Assembly: GCA_964016885.1 (NCBI GenBank)
Contig: OZ024758.1
Span: 1,922,001 to 1,986,000 of the forward strand
Reading direction: 5' to 3'
From: Eledone cirrhosa
Taxonomy: Eukaryota
DNA: 64,000 nucleotides
The notes beneath the pieces were generated by a model that had not been told where the DNA came from, made no database searches, and saw only the letters and a program-made list of their open reading frames with translations. The translations under genes were made by a program, and so were the position numbers. Positions 1 to 14,179 of this stretch are shown here, one piece after another; positions within the stretch are counted from its first letter, which is position 1; each line of letters starts with the position of its first letter.

Positions 1-33
<33 letters not shown>

Positions 34-275
34 TATATATATATATATAGGTATGTGTGTATGAAGAAAGTGACCAAGTGCAAAAAAGCTATAAAGATAA
101 CTCATGGAATACGGTGAAGACCTTTAAAACACGGAAAAAGAAGTTGCCTTTTGCCACTATGATGATTGGAACACCCTATCTTCAAAAACTAAAACACACA
201 CTCTCTCTCTCTCTTTCTCTCTTTCTCTCTTTCTCTCTTTCTCTCTTTCTCTCTTTCCTCTCCTTCTTTCTCTCT

Positions 276-323
<48 letters not shown>

Positions 324-714
324 CGTTTAATGTCCATCTTCCACGCTAGCATGGGTTAGACGGTTTTGCTCCATTTGATGCGGGATTGGTTGGGAGACCG
401 TGTCTCGCTCGTACGGAAGCGTCTCTGGCAGGTTTCCTACGTCTGGATGCCCTTCCCAGCACCAACTCTTACCGTGTGTCCTACATGACCACTTTACAGT
501 GTGGTTTGGGTGCTTTTTGTTGCGCCACCGACAAACTGGACATACATGGGAGAAAGGGCTGTTATAATATGTATGTTTATGTATGTGTATGTTTATGTAT
601 GTATGTATTTATATGTATGTATGTATATGTACATATGTGTATGTACATATGTATATATGTGTGTGTGTGTATATGTACATATGTATGTATATTTACTTAT
701 GTATATGTACGTAT

Positions 715-772
<58 letters not shown>

Positions 773-995
773 GGAGATAGTCTGCAGCGCAGAGGCTGAG
801 GGGGACAAACTAATGGTGGGAGTATTCGATGTATGGAGAGATGCTGAGTGGGTAAAAAGATATGTCAGATCCCGCCTGCGGCACAAAGTGGTTTTGGTTG
901 GTGTCTTGAAGCATTTTTCGAACACTAAAGTGAAAACTGCTTGCCGCTGTGATCGGGATTTTACACATATAGACACACACATATATATATATATC

Positions 996-1265
996 ATCAT
1001 CATCATCATTTTACGTCTGTTTTCCAGCTTGCAAGGGTGGGATGGGCCCTAGGGTAGGATGGGCCCTATTCAGCACAGCATTTCTCTATTCATCACGGTT
1101 CCTCGTCATTTCCACTGTGATCTTCAGCGATCTGAGGTCAGCTCTCACCACCTCTGCCCATGTTTTTTTGTGGTCTTCCTCTACTGCGTCTTCCTTCCAC
1201 CGGCATTTCTTGGTACTCCATCACCCAGCGGTCATCTTCCATGTGCATCACATAGCCATACCATA
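996..1265 (-). mobile_element. RTE LINE 3' end with (GAT)n tail; similar tails at 318-560, 26425-26580 and 42663-42900
   Basis: WYGYVM...GRRSRGRP translation followed on - by the conserved tail and GAT repeats. Confidence 0.75.
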
Positions 1266-1424
1266 AACATATAAAACCTCGATATTGGCGCCAACAGAAG
1301 TCAGATGAACTTTTGATTCGAAAGTCGGGCCCGATCGATACAGATCGGACTTTGAGCTGTTTGATCATGAAACACGCGTCACCTGAATAAACAGAATTTG
1401 ACAACTCATCCATGCTTACTATTA

Positions 1425-1514
1425 TATATATATATATATATATGTGCGTGTGTGTGTGTGTGTGTGTGTGTATATCTATGTATGTATATTTACGTATATG
1501 TATATATGTGTGTA

Positions 1515-1583
<69 letters not shown>

Positions 1584-2385
1584 GTGTGTGTGTATATATA
1601 TATATATGTGTGTGTGTATATATATATATGTGTATATATATGAAAAGTATAGAAATTATTGTAGGTGTATATATATATATATATGTAATGTATGTATATA
1701 TATGTATATATGTAATGTATGTATATATATGTATGTATTTGTATGTATGTTTATCTGTATATATGTATATATATATGTGTGTGTTTATATGTATGTATGT
1801 ATGTATGTGTATTTATGTAGATATATATATGCATAGATATCATCATCATTTTATGTGCGCTTTTCCCTGCTTGCAATATATATATAAATATATAAATATA
1901 CACACACAGGCACACACACAGGCACACACACACGCACACACACACGCACGCACACACACACGCACGCACACACGCACAGACACGCACACGCAGACACACG
2001 CACACGCAGACACACACACGCGCAGACATGCAGACACACACACACACACACGCACTGACGCACACACACACACGCACTGACGCACACACACGCACGCACT
2101 GACGCACACACACGCACGCACTGACACACACACACACACGCACGCACTGACGCACACACACGCACGCACTGACACACACACACGCACGCAGACACACACA
2201 CACGCACGCACTGACACGCACACACGCACGCACTGACACGCACACACGCACGCACTGACACGCACACACGCACGCACTGACACACACACACGCACGCACT
2301 GACACACACACACGCACTGACACACACACACGCACGCACTGACACACACACACGCACGCACTGACACACACACATGCACTGACAC
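1425..2385. repeat. Compound TA/TG/CA/GCAC microsatellite
   Basis: Seen directly. Confidence 0.9.
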
Positions 2386-2399
2386 AAGATATGTCCGTA

Positions 2400-4600
2400 A
2401 GAACTTAAGAGGTATGTGTATGTGTAAGTAGGGGATTGTTTGTGTGTGTTTGTAAGTATCCAGGTGTGCGCGCGCGCGTGTTGGTCTAAGTTGTATGAGT
2501 GTGTTTCTGATCATAACAGAGCTATAGGAACCTAGCGTGTAATGTCCGCATACGTGTGACAACTGACAAGGTAAGGGTGACAGTGGCTAGGGGGCAGAGA
2601 AGTAAGGGTGAGTGTATGTGTGTAAGATTAAAGAATTTTGGGTGGAGGGGAGTTGAATCCATTAGGAAACTGGACCCAAGGCGGGAAATCCGACTCTGCT
2701 CAGTCGTTGAGCCCAGATCAGCGATATCAGGATTACTGATAAGAGCAGTATTGTTTCCTCATTATCTCACCCATGGTTATAATATTGTGTCGGAGAGGGC
2801 CATTTTCAGCAACCTGAGGGCCAACAGTCGAGACAGTGACCTTCGGTTTTTATCAGATTTAAAAGGAACACTTTGGGATTGAGTTTGATATTCTCAATGG
2901 CCCATTCCTCCTCAGCTTTATATATAAATATATCAAATCCCCATATTGCAACCAAAAGAAGTCTGATGAGCTCTTGATTGGAGAGTCAGGCCCGATCGAT
3001 ACAGATCGAACCTTGAGTTTTGGTTTTCACCTTGATCTTCCCATTGAAAATGAAGGTATGTCTCCTAATATGGTTTGGAAAGAGGTATTTGTATGGAAGG
3101 AAATCTTTGGAGTTATTTAATTTCTTTCTGTGTTGGGCTTTCCTGTACTTCAGACAAAGTAAAGCCATCACTTCTTCATTATGTCAATAAGTGCTCAACA
3201 GGTGAGGTGTAATCAGTTGTTATAAGGTGTTAATTAACTGGTGTTGTTTAATTCATAGCTCCGATATCACAGCCCTCATTATGGCTGCCACGTAAGGAAA
3301 AAGAGGGGAAGACTCTCCCCAGCTACTCTGGTTTGGTTTCATGATGCTTGAGGATGTCATGACACACCCTAGACACCTGTGTGACACACCCTAGACACCT
3401 GTGTGACACACCCTAGACACCTGTGTGACACACCTGTGTGACACACCCTAGACACCTGTGACACACCCTAGACACCTGTGACACACCCTAGACACCTGTG
3501 TGACACACCCTAGACACATGTGTGACACACCTGAGACACCTGTATGTGACACACCTGCATGTGTCACACCTGTGACACCTGTGTGCCACACCTGCGACAC
3601 CTGTATGTGTCACACCTGCAACACCGGTATGTGTCACACCCGACATACCTGTATGTGCCACACCTGTATGTGTCACACCTGTATGTGTCACACCCAACAC
3701 ACCTGTATGTGTCACACCCGACACACCTGTATGTGTCACACCTGTATGTGTCACACCCGACACACCTGTATGTGTCACACCCGACACACCTGTATGTGCC
3801 ACACCTGTATGTGCCACTCCTTCTAGTCATCATTCAGCAGCTTCGGCTTTGTGTCTTTGCTCAGATCTCCTGCATGCCAACATCTTTGGTGAGAATCTCC
3901 CAAATACTGCCCCTTACACTCCACATTCGGGTAATGGTCTAAACTTTTATAGTACAGAAATCCTTGTGATCTACAATAGTTAGCTTGTGAATAATGGTTA
4001 TATCTTTGTTTTTTTCTGTTTGTCCTAGTCTTGTGCACATACTTTGAATTGTGTGTGTGTGTGTTTGTATATATATATATATATATGTGTGTATATATAT
4101 ATATGTATATATGTGCATATATATATATATATATGTGTATATATATGTGTGTGTGTGTGTGTGTGTATACATCAATAAATTTGATAGGTTTCAAGGAGTA
4201 TTGACCCAGGCCATGTCTATCCTAAAAGCACCACTTGGCAAAGTCTTTCAAGTTCCGTTTCATGCATCAGCCATGTTTTAGACTCATTGGCCCACCCCAG
4301 TAAAGAGTTGTTGTTGATGGAAACGTATCCAGATGTAGGAGGTTTATCTGAAACTTCTTGGGGGAATTTCATGGGGTCTTTTTGTGTCCTGGTGTAGTTT
4401 TGGTATGATTTTAAAGAGGGCAAGACCAGGTGAGATAAAATAGTTATATTGTAATGTTATGAGACACAAAGTCTATTTATGTAGGGGGTGAATAGCTCAG
4501 GTATCCAGCCTTGGGTGGATTTTAAAGTTGCCAGAGATATGTATGTGTGGGTGGGGGGCTTGAAGTAGTGAAGTTGAGAATAACTTTATGGAGTGGAAGT
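2400..4600 (-). mobile_element. Degraded Penelope-like element relic, interrupted by minisatellite and microsatellite
   Basis: Minus-strand remnants FKIIPKLHQ (~4395-4420; PLE RT motif FYxLPKIHK) and EQSRISRLGS..PNGFN (~2650-2700; GIY-YIG C-terminal LGT..PNGLN type). Confidence 0.55.
3360..3818. repeat. Minisatellite of GACACACC/CTGTATGTGTCACACC units
   Basis: Tandem 15-24 bp variants. Confidence 0.9.
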
Positions 4601-4609
4601 GGGAGGATA

Positions 4610-5430
4610 GATCAGGTGACATTGTAAACTGCAGGTCGGGTCTTCTTCAGCACTGTGTAGCGCCAGACCTGGCGGTCTTTAATCTTCTCTGCTGTAATGT
4701 TTAGCTTTCTAAGGTCAGTTCTTACAACCTCATCCCATGTCTTCCTGTGTCTGCCTCTTCCACAGCTGCCAGTCCCTGGGGTTTCTCTGCATTTCTTTAT
4801 GCAGCTGCAATCTTCTATGCACATCACATGGCCATACCAACCCAGTCTTCTCTTTTGTACACTACAACCAATTCATCTTATGCCAAGTTTTCCTCCCTGT
4901 TTGCTTATGCTATATCCCTCATGCACACTAACATTACACATCCATCAGAGCATACTCGACTCATTTCTTTCTAACCTCCGCAGGTCATCTGCAGTCAAAG
5001 CCCAAGTTCCACTGCCATGTAACATTACAGTTCACACACAAGCATCATACAGTCTACCCTTCCCTGTGAGAGAAAATCCTTTTATTGTTAGCTATGGTAA
5101 TAGATCTCTAAACTTCCAGCCTGTTCTTATCCTAGCTGTTACACTTTCAGTGCATCTCCCTCACTACAAATTTGATCACCCAGGTAGCAAAAGCTGCTCA
5201 CAACTTCTAGAGAGCTTCCCTGGCAGCTAAGGGAATCTATTTCACATATTCTCTTTGTGCTTACTTCCCCTGAGCATCTTCCACATATAAAGTCTATCTT
5301 TTCTATTAGCTTACCTGCTAATGTTCGTTTGTGCAAGGTATATGCATTGATAAATGTAAACCTATGGTCAAAGATATACCAATCACGACCATTCTTTCTT
5401 ATTATATTATACAATGTGTCCTTCACTTTT
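4610..5430 (-). mobile_element. Degraded RTE LINE 3' fragment
   Basis: Translations FICGRCSG..LEVVSSFCYLGD and GRGRHRKTWDEVV match the end of the 38973 element. Confidence 0.85.
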
Positions 5431-8400
5431 AAAGACAGTGGTGTGGTTTGGAGGAGATATGGTTACTATTTCTAGCAAGTGTAAACAATCAGTCTCCTTC
5501 ATGCCAACAGAAGCAGCCATTCCTTGAATTCAAGTCTATATTACTCATTTTCACCACAATCTGTTTACTATTAAAGAGAGTATGAACATTTAAATTAACG
5601 TTTTTAGATATTTTCTGTTAAATCATTTCAAGAGCTAAAGAATATTTAGCTTCCATTAATATCAGTTTGTTTTATTTTTCTCATGGAGTATTTAAAAATA
5701 GGAAAGTGTCTATGACATTGTTGAAAGGTTTCTCAAATTGATAAGATGAAGGAGAGAAAGAAACCATGACCCATTTGTTGCTGAAGTAGAAATCAGTACT
5801 TCAAGATCTTAGGTAAATTTATGACCAAAGATTTGGTTGGAATGCTTAAAACGAAAGGGTTCTTCTATGGGATCATAAGCGCCAGTAGTGGTAATGTTAA
5901 ACTGACTTCAAAATATATATATTACACATATAAAAATGATAAAACTCATTGCTGGAACAGCTGTTAACAGCTAAATGCTGTCAAAGACAGTGATGGGCAA
6001 AAATGCCTGAGTAGACAGAGACCAACCGCCAGTGGTCAACAGAGACAATCCACAAGGTGGGTGACAGGTAGATGAAATATAGAAAAGATTGAATGAGGAG
6101 GAGGACAAGGATAAGTGTGTGTTGGCATATAGAAATGACCATAAGAGGAAATAAAGAGAGGGATGTACAAGACATGTTTACTCACACACATCTTCACCGT
6201 CATCAGCTCTCAGACCAACAAAATGGTTTCGTACAATATCATGTTAGATTATATTTGTAATTGTCAGTATAGTGAGTTGTCCTGCTGAAATCCACTGTAT
6301 GAAATGTTATTCTTTAAGCTATCCTCTACATGTTGAATGAACTGAAATAGGCTTATTCTTCCAGCCTAAAATCTATATTGGTTTAAGTCAGCAAACTCTT
6401 TTTTAATCCTTTCAAAGTAGATGGTAAATTTTGATACCAATTGCTCTTTGTTATATTTGCTTAATCATAGGTCACTCCTAGTCTAAGGCCTACTTATTGT
6501 GTGACCTTCCATTTTTAAAATAGTAGGGTGGGATTTAGCCCTTTAGCATTTACATTATTTATTGTTATATTTTCAATGTAAAGGCTTTACCTCACAATAT
6601 TGAATCTATGAGAATTTGATATTATTTATTTTGAGAGCAATACCTTAATGTTGGTATGAATGACCAGCTATGGCTGGTTTAAACAGAAAGTGGTGAGAGA
6701 ATTCTGGCCGGATATGGCCTGTTTAAATTCTAAAGGGTTAAACCAGAAACCTGGTCGAATTAATTATAACAGTGAAGTCTATTAAAGTCACCCGAGGGCC
6801 AGATATTAATGTTAAACTGGAGTACACTTGATTAAATCTATCACCTAGGTTTACTTCTAGTGAAAATGTCAGTCTGTGCCGGTTATATCCTGTGTCCAGA
6901 ATGTTCTGGCAATGTTGATAGTTGAGATAAGAATTATTTTTATAATAATTGTTTCTACTTTTGGCACAAAGCCAGCAATTACCCAGTGCATTACTGGTAC
7001 TTTATTTTATCGACCCTGTAAGGATGAAAGGCAAAGTTAACCTCGGCGGGATTTGAACTCAGAATGTCAAGGCCTGTACCTCTATGCGTCAAAGCATGGT
7101 GTCTGACCCTCTACCGATACTGCCAATCCACCACCCTTTTATTTTTATAATAATGAATGCAGGACATTTATTGTCTCCTATTGGGCAGTTTCTGTTTCTT
7201 TCATGGCTAATCTGGAAACAATGTTTTTAAGACAAAGAAACTACCAATAAAATTAATATAGGAGACCACATGCATATGTGTTATTGTAGACAATGAAAGG
7301 AACATTAAAATAGTAAGCAGTTAAAATGAAGCAAAACAGTCTTTGTAAAAAGGTTAACTATGAGAGTTGCAATCTAGTTTTTACTGTTGTATGTCAGGTT
7401 TTGATAATTGGTTCTATGTATTATATATACTTGATGAGTGTGATGTTGTCTTCTCTCTCTTTCTGTCATACATACATGCAAACATACACACACATGCACA
7501 CACACACACGCACACCACACGCATACACACATGCATACACACACACATGCACACACACACATGCACACACTCTCTCTCTCTAAACAAATGATGTTCCTTT
7601 TCTGTCTCTATAATGATGAGGGCAACATCATAACTTTCTATCTACCTCTTTCCGTCACTTTGAAAAAAACATGGCATTCCCTTTCTCTCTCTCTCTCTCT
7701 CCCCCCTTCTCTATCTATGTACATATCTCTTGCTTGACGCTCCCCCCTCTCTATGTACATATCTCTTGCTTGGCGCTCCCCTCTCTCTATCTATGTGCAT
7801 ATCTCTTGCTTGGTGCTCACCGTCTCTATATATAAAGTGAGAGTGAGGGAGACGGACAGACAGACTGTGCTCTTATTATAATATATATTTAATTGTATTC
7901 ACATCATTTTTGTAATGTTTTCAATGTTTCCATGTATACAAATGATTGTATATAATTACCAGACATTTGAAAATAAATATTGTTTTTATTCATTAACTGA
8001 GACTTGTATTGTCTTTATTTTCAGAGTAGAAATATTTAATAAATTTTAAAAAAAGTTAAATGTTTGATTAATTTAACCTTTTAGCATTTACATTACTCTA
8101 TATATACTATTGTATTTTCACAGTAAAGGCTTTACCTCACATAATATCTCACATAACATTTACATTACTCTATATATACTTTTGTATTTTAACGGTAAAG
8201 GCTTTACCTCGCATAATATCGAATCTATAAGATTTTGATATTATTTATTTTGAGAACAATACCTTAACAGTATGAGTTGCCAGTTACGGCTGGTTTAAAT
8301 GCGAAAGGGTTAAACATTATTTTAATCCTCCTTAACATTTTATGTCACCATGACATTTTCATTTATACTTCATAATTTCTGCGCAGTTGTTTGTTTCGTT

Positions 8401-11400
8401 TCTTCAGAGCCAAAAGTATATGTGAAAATAGGTAATTACTGAGATTAGAGACTGATGAAGTTTAGCAAAGTTGCTTATACAGGATAACTTAGATAAAAAT
8501 GTAGCTTTGGCTTTGTCACATGACCTGGAAGAGATATTGTTAGCCAAGTCTGTTTGACAGTTCAACACACTCTTATCTAGTGGTAGGTGCTGGGAAATCT
8601 AAGAATGTCTTCTGAGTCATTCATGTGATGTTGTTGTAAGCAAGATGAGGATTTTGTGAGTTTACTGATGTCTTAGAACTCCTTCCAGAGTTAGTTGAAA
8701 CATTATGTAAAGGCACCAAATTCCAGTGCTGCCATCTGGATAGTGACTAGATTTGATATGTGAAAAGGGAAATAACTAGGACCTCAAAACAACTCTATAC
8801 TTAATGCAAGTAGTGATTAACCCTTTAGCATTCACATTACTCTATATATACTATTGTATTTTCACAATAAAGGCTTTATTTCACATAATTATCTCATAAT
8901 ATCAAATCTGTGAGAATTTGATATTATTTTGAAAACAATACCTTAACATCAGTATGAGTGGTTGGTTATGGTTGCTTTGAACAGAAAGAGATAAGAATTC
9001 TGGCCAGATACAGCCTGTTTAAATTCTAAAGGGTTAAACCTGAGACCTGGTCGAATTACTTATAACAGTGAAGTCCATTAAAGTCACCTGAGGGCCAGAT
9101 ATTGATGTTAAACTGGAGTACAATTGATTTGTTACCTTTGTGAAAATTTCAGTCTGTGCAGGTTATATCCTGATATTAATTATTTTGAGATATTATTTAT
9201 TTTGAGAACAATACCTTAACATCAGTATGAGTGGTTGGTTATAGCCGGTTTGAACAGAAAGAGTTGAAAGAATTTTGGCCGGATACAGCCGGTTTAAATG
9301 TTAAAGTAGTGATTAAACAATGGTTATAGTCAGATCTCTGATAGACTGACAGGGAACCAGGAGTTCAAATCCACCAGATGCAAAGGAGTTAACAACAGGG
9401 ACGCTTAGAAAATATAGTCCATGTATTGTTGAAATAGCTCGCTATATGTCGTTGCTAGTTTTGATTATCATCAGTATAATTCATGTCACCTAGATAATTA
9501 TCTAGATGAAATAATGCTGTAAGTGTTTATAGTGAAAGCATAGTTGAGAGAGAGGAAGGAAGAGAAGTTATAGAGTATGCTGCTTCTAACGACAACAAAG
9601 GCCTTCTCATGCTGTACAAAAGGCAGGCTATAGGAAGCATATGTAAGGAGTGTGGTGCTGCATAATTGTCAGACTTGAATAGTGAATGCACAAGATTTAT
9701 GGAGAGAAACAAACTGAATATTCAGAGTTGATAATAGAATAAGAACTTACAGGAAAGTAAGGTTGAGGGGGTAACTGGTTATTATAGACATCGGTTATAC
9801 ATGTAGGAAAGATGTTATTATTTAACCCCAGGCCAGTTCTGGTTTGGAAGATTTTGTGGTAACGGTGTTGGACTTATAATCATCATGTCATGGGTTCGAT
9901 TCCCAGGCTGGGGTGCGTGTTGTGTTCTTGAGCAAAACACTTCATTTCACGTTGCTCCAGTATATTCAGCTGGAAATGAGTACCAGCAATATTTGTGGGT
10001 CTAACTCTGCAATGGACTGGTGCCCTGTCCAGGGGTGTGTCTAGCACGGTCTAGTGGTAAGGGTGTTGAACTTACAATCATAATGGCGTGGGTTCAATTC
10101 CTGGGCTGGGTTGTGTGTTGTGTTCTTGAGCAAAACACTTCATTTCACGTTGCTCCAGTATACTCAGCTGAAAATGAGTACCAGCAATAGCTGGAGGTTT
10201 AACCCTGTGATGGGCTGGTGTCCTGTCCAGGGAGGAGTCTTATACTCTGTCACTTCATGCCATGAAACTGGGTTAAACACCGGCCTAATGAGCCTTCTGG
10301 CATAAGACAGACTTAGGACTTTTTAGACTTTAAATGATCAAAGGTATTTCAACAGTGACTGTGGTTATTGTGACTTTTATTGTAGTACCACATTATCTAA
10401 TGCGGCGTTCTTTTATATCAGGATGATAGATTTGAAAGGGATTCAGCTGATATTTCTAACCGATTGAGTAACCTGAAAGAGAGCTCCTTCATTGGTTTGT
10501 CTGCACTTGGACAATACATTCTGGGTGGAAAAGTGTTTGTTGAGAGGGTGGCCATATTAGATGTTGAAATACTGGACCTCAAAGTATGTCTGACGCTCTA
10601 CCGATCCTGCTGATACACCACTCTTATCCATGTAATAATAATATATTGCCAGTTAAGTTTCTCATGCACTTCTAACTGGATTTAGACATTTATTTAGAAT
10701 CATTAACTAAATTGTATTATTTCATATTTTATAACAATCTGACCCGTTTTTCATAAACCCACTGCCTATTATGCCTCCCACTTCATTTCCTCTGGTTCAG
10801 CACATTTGGTAGGTTTTGGGCTTGTAATTACACACTCATGGCAGAGTGGACACCATGCTTTATGGCATAGTTGCAGCCCTTTACGATCTGAGTTCAAATC
10901 CTGCTGAGCTTAGCTTTGCCTTTCATCCTTACAGGGTTGGGGTCGATTTAATCATATTTCTGTTTGGTGTCCTTTGAACTAAATAAATGTTTATTAAACT
11001 ATAAATTAAATTTATCAACAATTCTATTCCTATTTAACAAGTTATCTTTTTATAGTTAACTGGATTGCAGCAGTTTTCAAAAATAGTTTAACCCTTTAAC
11101 ATTTACATTACTCTATATATACTATTGTATTTTCACAGTAAAGGCTTTACTTCACATAATATCTCACATAACATTTACATTACTCTATATATATACTATT
11201 GTATTTTCACAGTAAAGGCTTTATCTTACATAATATCTCTTATAATATCAAATCTATGAGATCTTGATATTTATTTTGAGAACAATACCTTAATATAGGT
11301 ATGAGCAGCCGATTACAGCCGGATTGAACAGAAATGGGCAAGAGAGTTCTGGTCGGATATGGCTGGTTTAAATGCTAAAGGCTTAACTTAATTACTCAAA

Positions 11401-13826
11401 TGGGAGCCTAGTAACGGCTAGTTTCACCTGTTATATTTAGTTAAGGTTTTCTATATTTTTATAATGTCTGAAACTATAATAGAGCCAAAAAAATATTTAT
11501 TTAGGTCACGGTGACCTGGAAGAAAGAGTAACCAGGTCTCTTTCATATAACACCTTTTTCTATTCAAACTGGCTGTAACTGGCCTTACTGGGGTGTCAGG
11601 TGATGCCTATGAATGTCCTTGGTTGTTTCAGGACCTTAACCTCACGATCACCTGCGGTAATGTTGCAAGTGTGTTGGCTTGCCTCAAAATTCCCCATTGA
11701 CCCTAGTGGTGTGGTGTGTGGCCAATTGTCGAACTTGGTGGTCAGTTGGTCATTTTTTTTTGTTTTTTTTTTTTGCTCTGTTCTCTTGCTTTGATCATAT
11801 ATTTGTGAGGTTCCTGGCAATAATTAATTGTATTATGTGTTTATATATTTTCATTCTGTAAGAATTATAAACAATTTGTAATGTTATGTAACCCTTTTAC
11901 ATTACTCTATATATACTATTGTATTTTCACAGTAAACACTTTACCTCACGTAATTATTGAATCTGAGATTTTGATATTATTTATTTTGTGAACAATACCT
12001 TAATGTCAGTATGAGCAACCGGTTTGAACAAAAATAGGTTAGAGAATTCTGGCCAGATATGGCCAGTTTAAAAGCTAAAGGGTTAATTTATATGAATAAT
12101 TATTTCTACTTTTGGCACAAGGCCAGCAATTACCCAGTGCATTACTGGTACTTTATTTTATTGACCCCGTAAGGATGAAAGGCAAAGTTAACCTTGGCGG
12201 GAATAATACCTTAATGTCAGTATGAGCAACCGGTTACAGCTGGTTTGAACAAAAAGAAGTGAGAGAATCCTAGTCGGATATGGCCAGTTTAAATGCTAAA
12301 GGGTTTAATTTATATGAATAAAATGAATTTCTAATCTGTGATACCGTTTGTATGTATCAACTAAAAATCAGGAATCGAGATGACCTAGACAAGCGACATT
12401 GGAAGAATGACGGACTTTCTGTACATCTATAATCAATAAATCAATATAAAAGTTGAAAGTTCAAGTCGTTTCTACTTGTAAAAAGTTATGGTGACATCGA
12501 ACCACATTCCAGAGATATGCCACTGGTTGGTATGGCATATTTAACACACCAGTTATACAATCTCCAATTTGTCAGCAGTGATCATGTCAACCGTATCTTT
12601 TGCTAGACAAAATACGCAGTAAAGTTCGCTTTACTTGTCATATTTTTACATCTATTTCAAGATTGGATTTCATTTAAGCGTGTATGTGTGTAGTTGTCTG
12701 TTCATTTGGTTTTATCTTTGTTGTTGTTGTTTTCAATTACTGCTGTAAATTAGGAGAAATGGGGGGGGGGGCTTTCAAATTAGTATATTTTAATCTTTAA
12801 ATTATTTTAGGGTTTTTTGTTGTTTTTTTTTTAAAACTTTATCAATCAGATAAACACTCTTCTTACACACGAGCAAAAATATACGGTTAGAAAACTCTAT
12901 AATTAATGATTTCTAGTATAGGCACAAGGCCAGTAATTTGGGGGGAGGGGAAAGTCGATTAAATCGACTCCAGTGTATTACTGGTACTTTATTTTATCGA
13001 CCCCGTAAGGACGAAAGGCAAAGTTAACCTTGGCGAGATTTGAACTCGGACCATAAAGGAACGTAACTCTATGCTGCAAAGCATGGCGTCTGACCCTCTA
13101 CTGATACTGCCAATCCACCACCTATAATTAATGCTAGACTTTCCAATTTCTGATGATCATGTGACAGATATAGCATTGCCAAAACTTCATTTCAAAAGAT
13201 TAGGATTTCTCTTCTGGGACACAAAACACCAGATCTCTGGGACAGTTGTTGATTATCAAAGAAAACAAAACTGTGATCAATATTGTAATCAAGGAGCTTG
13301 ACCTGCTAGAAATAGCAGCCAAATATTCATATCTTGCTTGGGAAAGTAACTAGCACATTGAGTAATGTTGCTCTACATAGACTTATAATTGTTTCTACTT
13401 TAGGCACAAGGCCAGCAAGTACCCAGTGCATTACTGGTACTTTATTTTATCGACCCCGTAAGGATGAAAGGCTGACTTAGTAGTCCCACCCTTGCAAGCA
13501 GGGAAAAGGCGGAGGTAAAATGAAATGATGATGACTGGAATCTATTTAAGTTGAGATCAAACTAAACAACATGGTGAACAACAGTAGTGTGCTGTTGACA
13601 TTTTTATGACAATAAAGGCTTTGTTTCCACTGAAGTAGGAAACTATATACCACCTTCAACAAATCCTGCAACCTCAACAACTGTTTTGTTTGTGGTTTGT
13701 AGAAGTGAAACAAACCACTTTTCTCCAATCCTTTTAAGCCATAACTGCAACTTCCACCACTCCAGACAACAACCTGCACTTGTTCAAACTGAATACCAAC
13801 CAGTCTGTGGATGTTACCCTTTCTCT

Positions 13827-14179
13827 TAACCCTTTACCATTTACATTACTCTATATATATACTATTGTATTTTCACAGTAAAGGCTTTACCTCGCATAAT
13901 CTCGCATAACATTTACATTACATTATATATACTATTGTATTTTCATGGTAAAGGCTTTACCTCACATAATATCTCACATAACATTTACATTATATATACT
14001 ATTGTATTTTCATGGTAAACACTTTATCTCGCGTAATATCGAATCTATGAAATTTTGATATTATTTATTTTGAGAATAATACCTTAACATCAATATGAGT
14101 GGCCGGTTACAGCTGGTTTGAATAGAAAGAGGTGAGGAATTCTGGCCAGATATGGCCGGTTTAAATGCTAAAGGGTTAA
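13827..14179. mobile_element. piggyBac-type MITE family; copies near 6538, 8074, 8817, 11088, 11890, 16615, 28257, 43286, 46174 and 63278
   Basis: TIRs CCCTTTAGCATTTA / TAAATGCTAAAGGG flanked by TTAA; about 11 alignable copies. Confidence 0.8.

Noticed and set aside
386-2562. Long YI/CV/HT-rich ORFs (also 27329-27935, 35147-37897, 59434-60580 and 62178-62742)
   Set aside because: These are translations of microsatellites.
12584-12618. Candidate TIGAR exon 1 MSTVSFARQNTH|gtaaag
   Set aside because: It is in phase but lacks the catalytic Arg and the beta-strand pattern, so it is probably chance.
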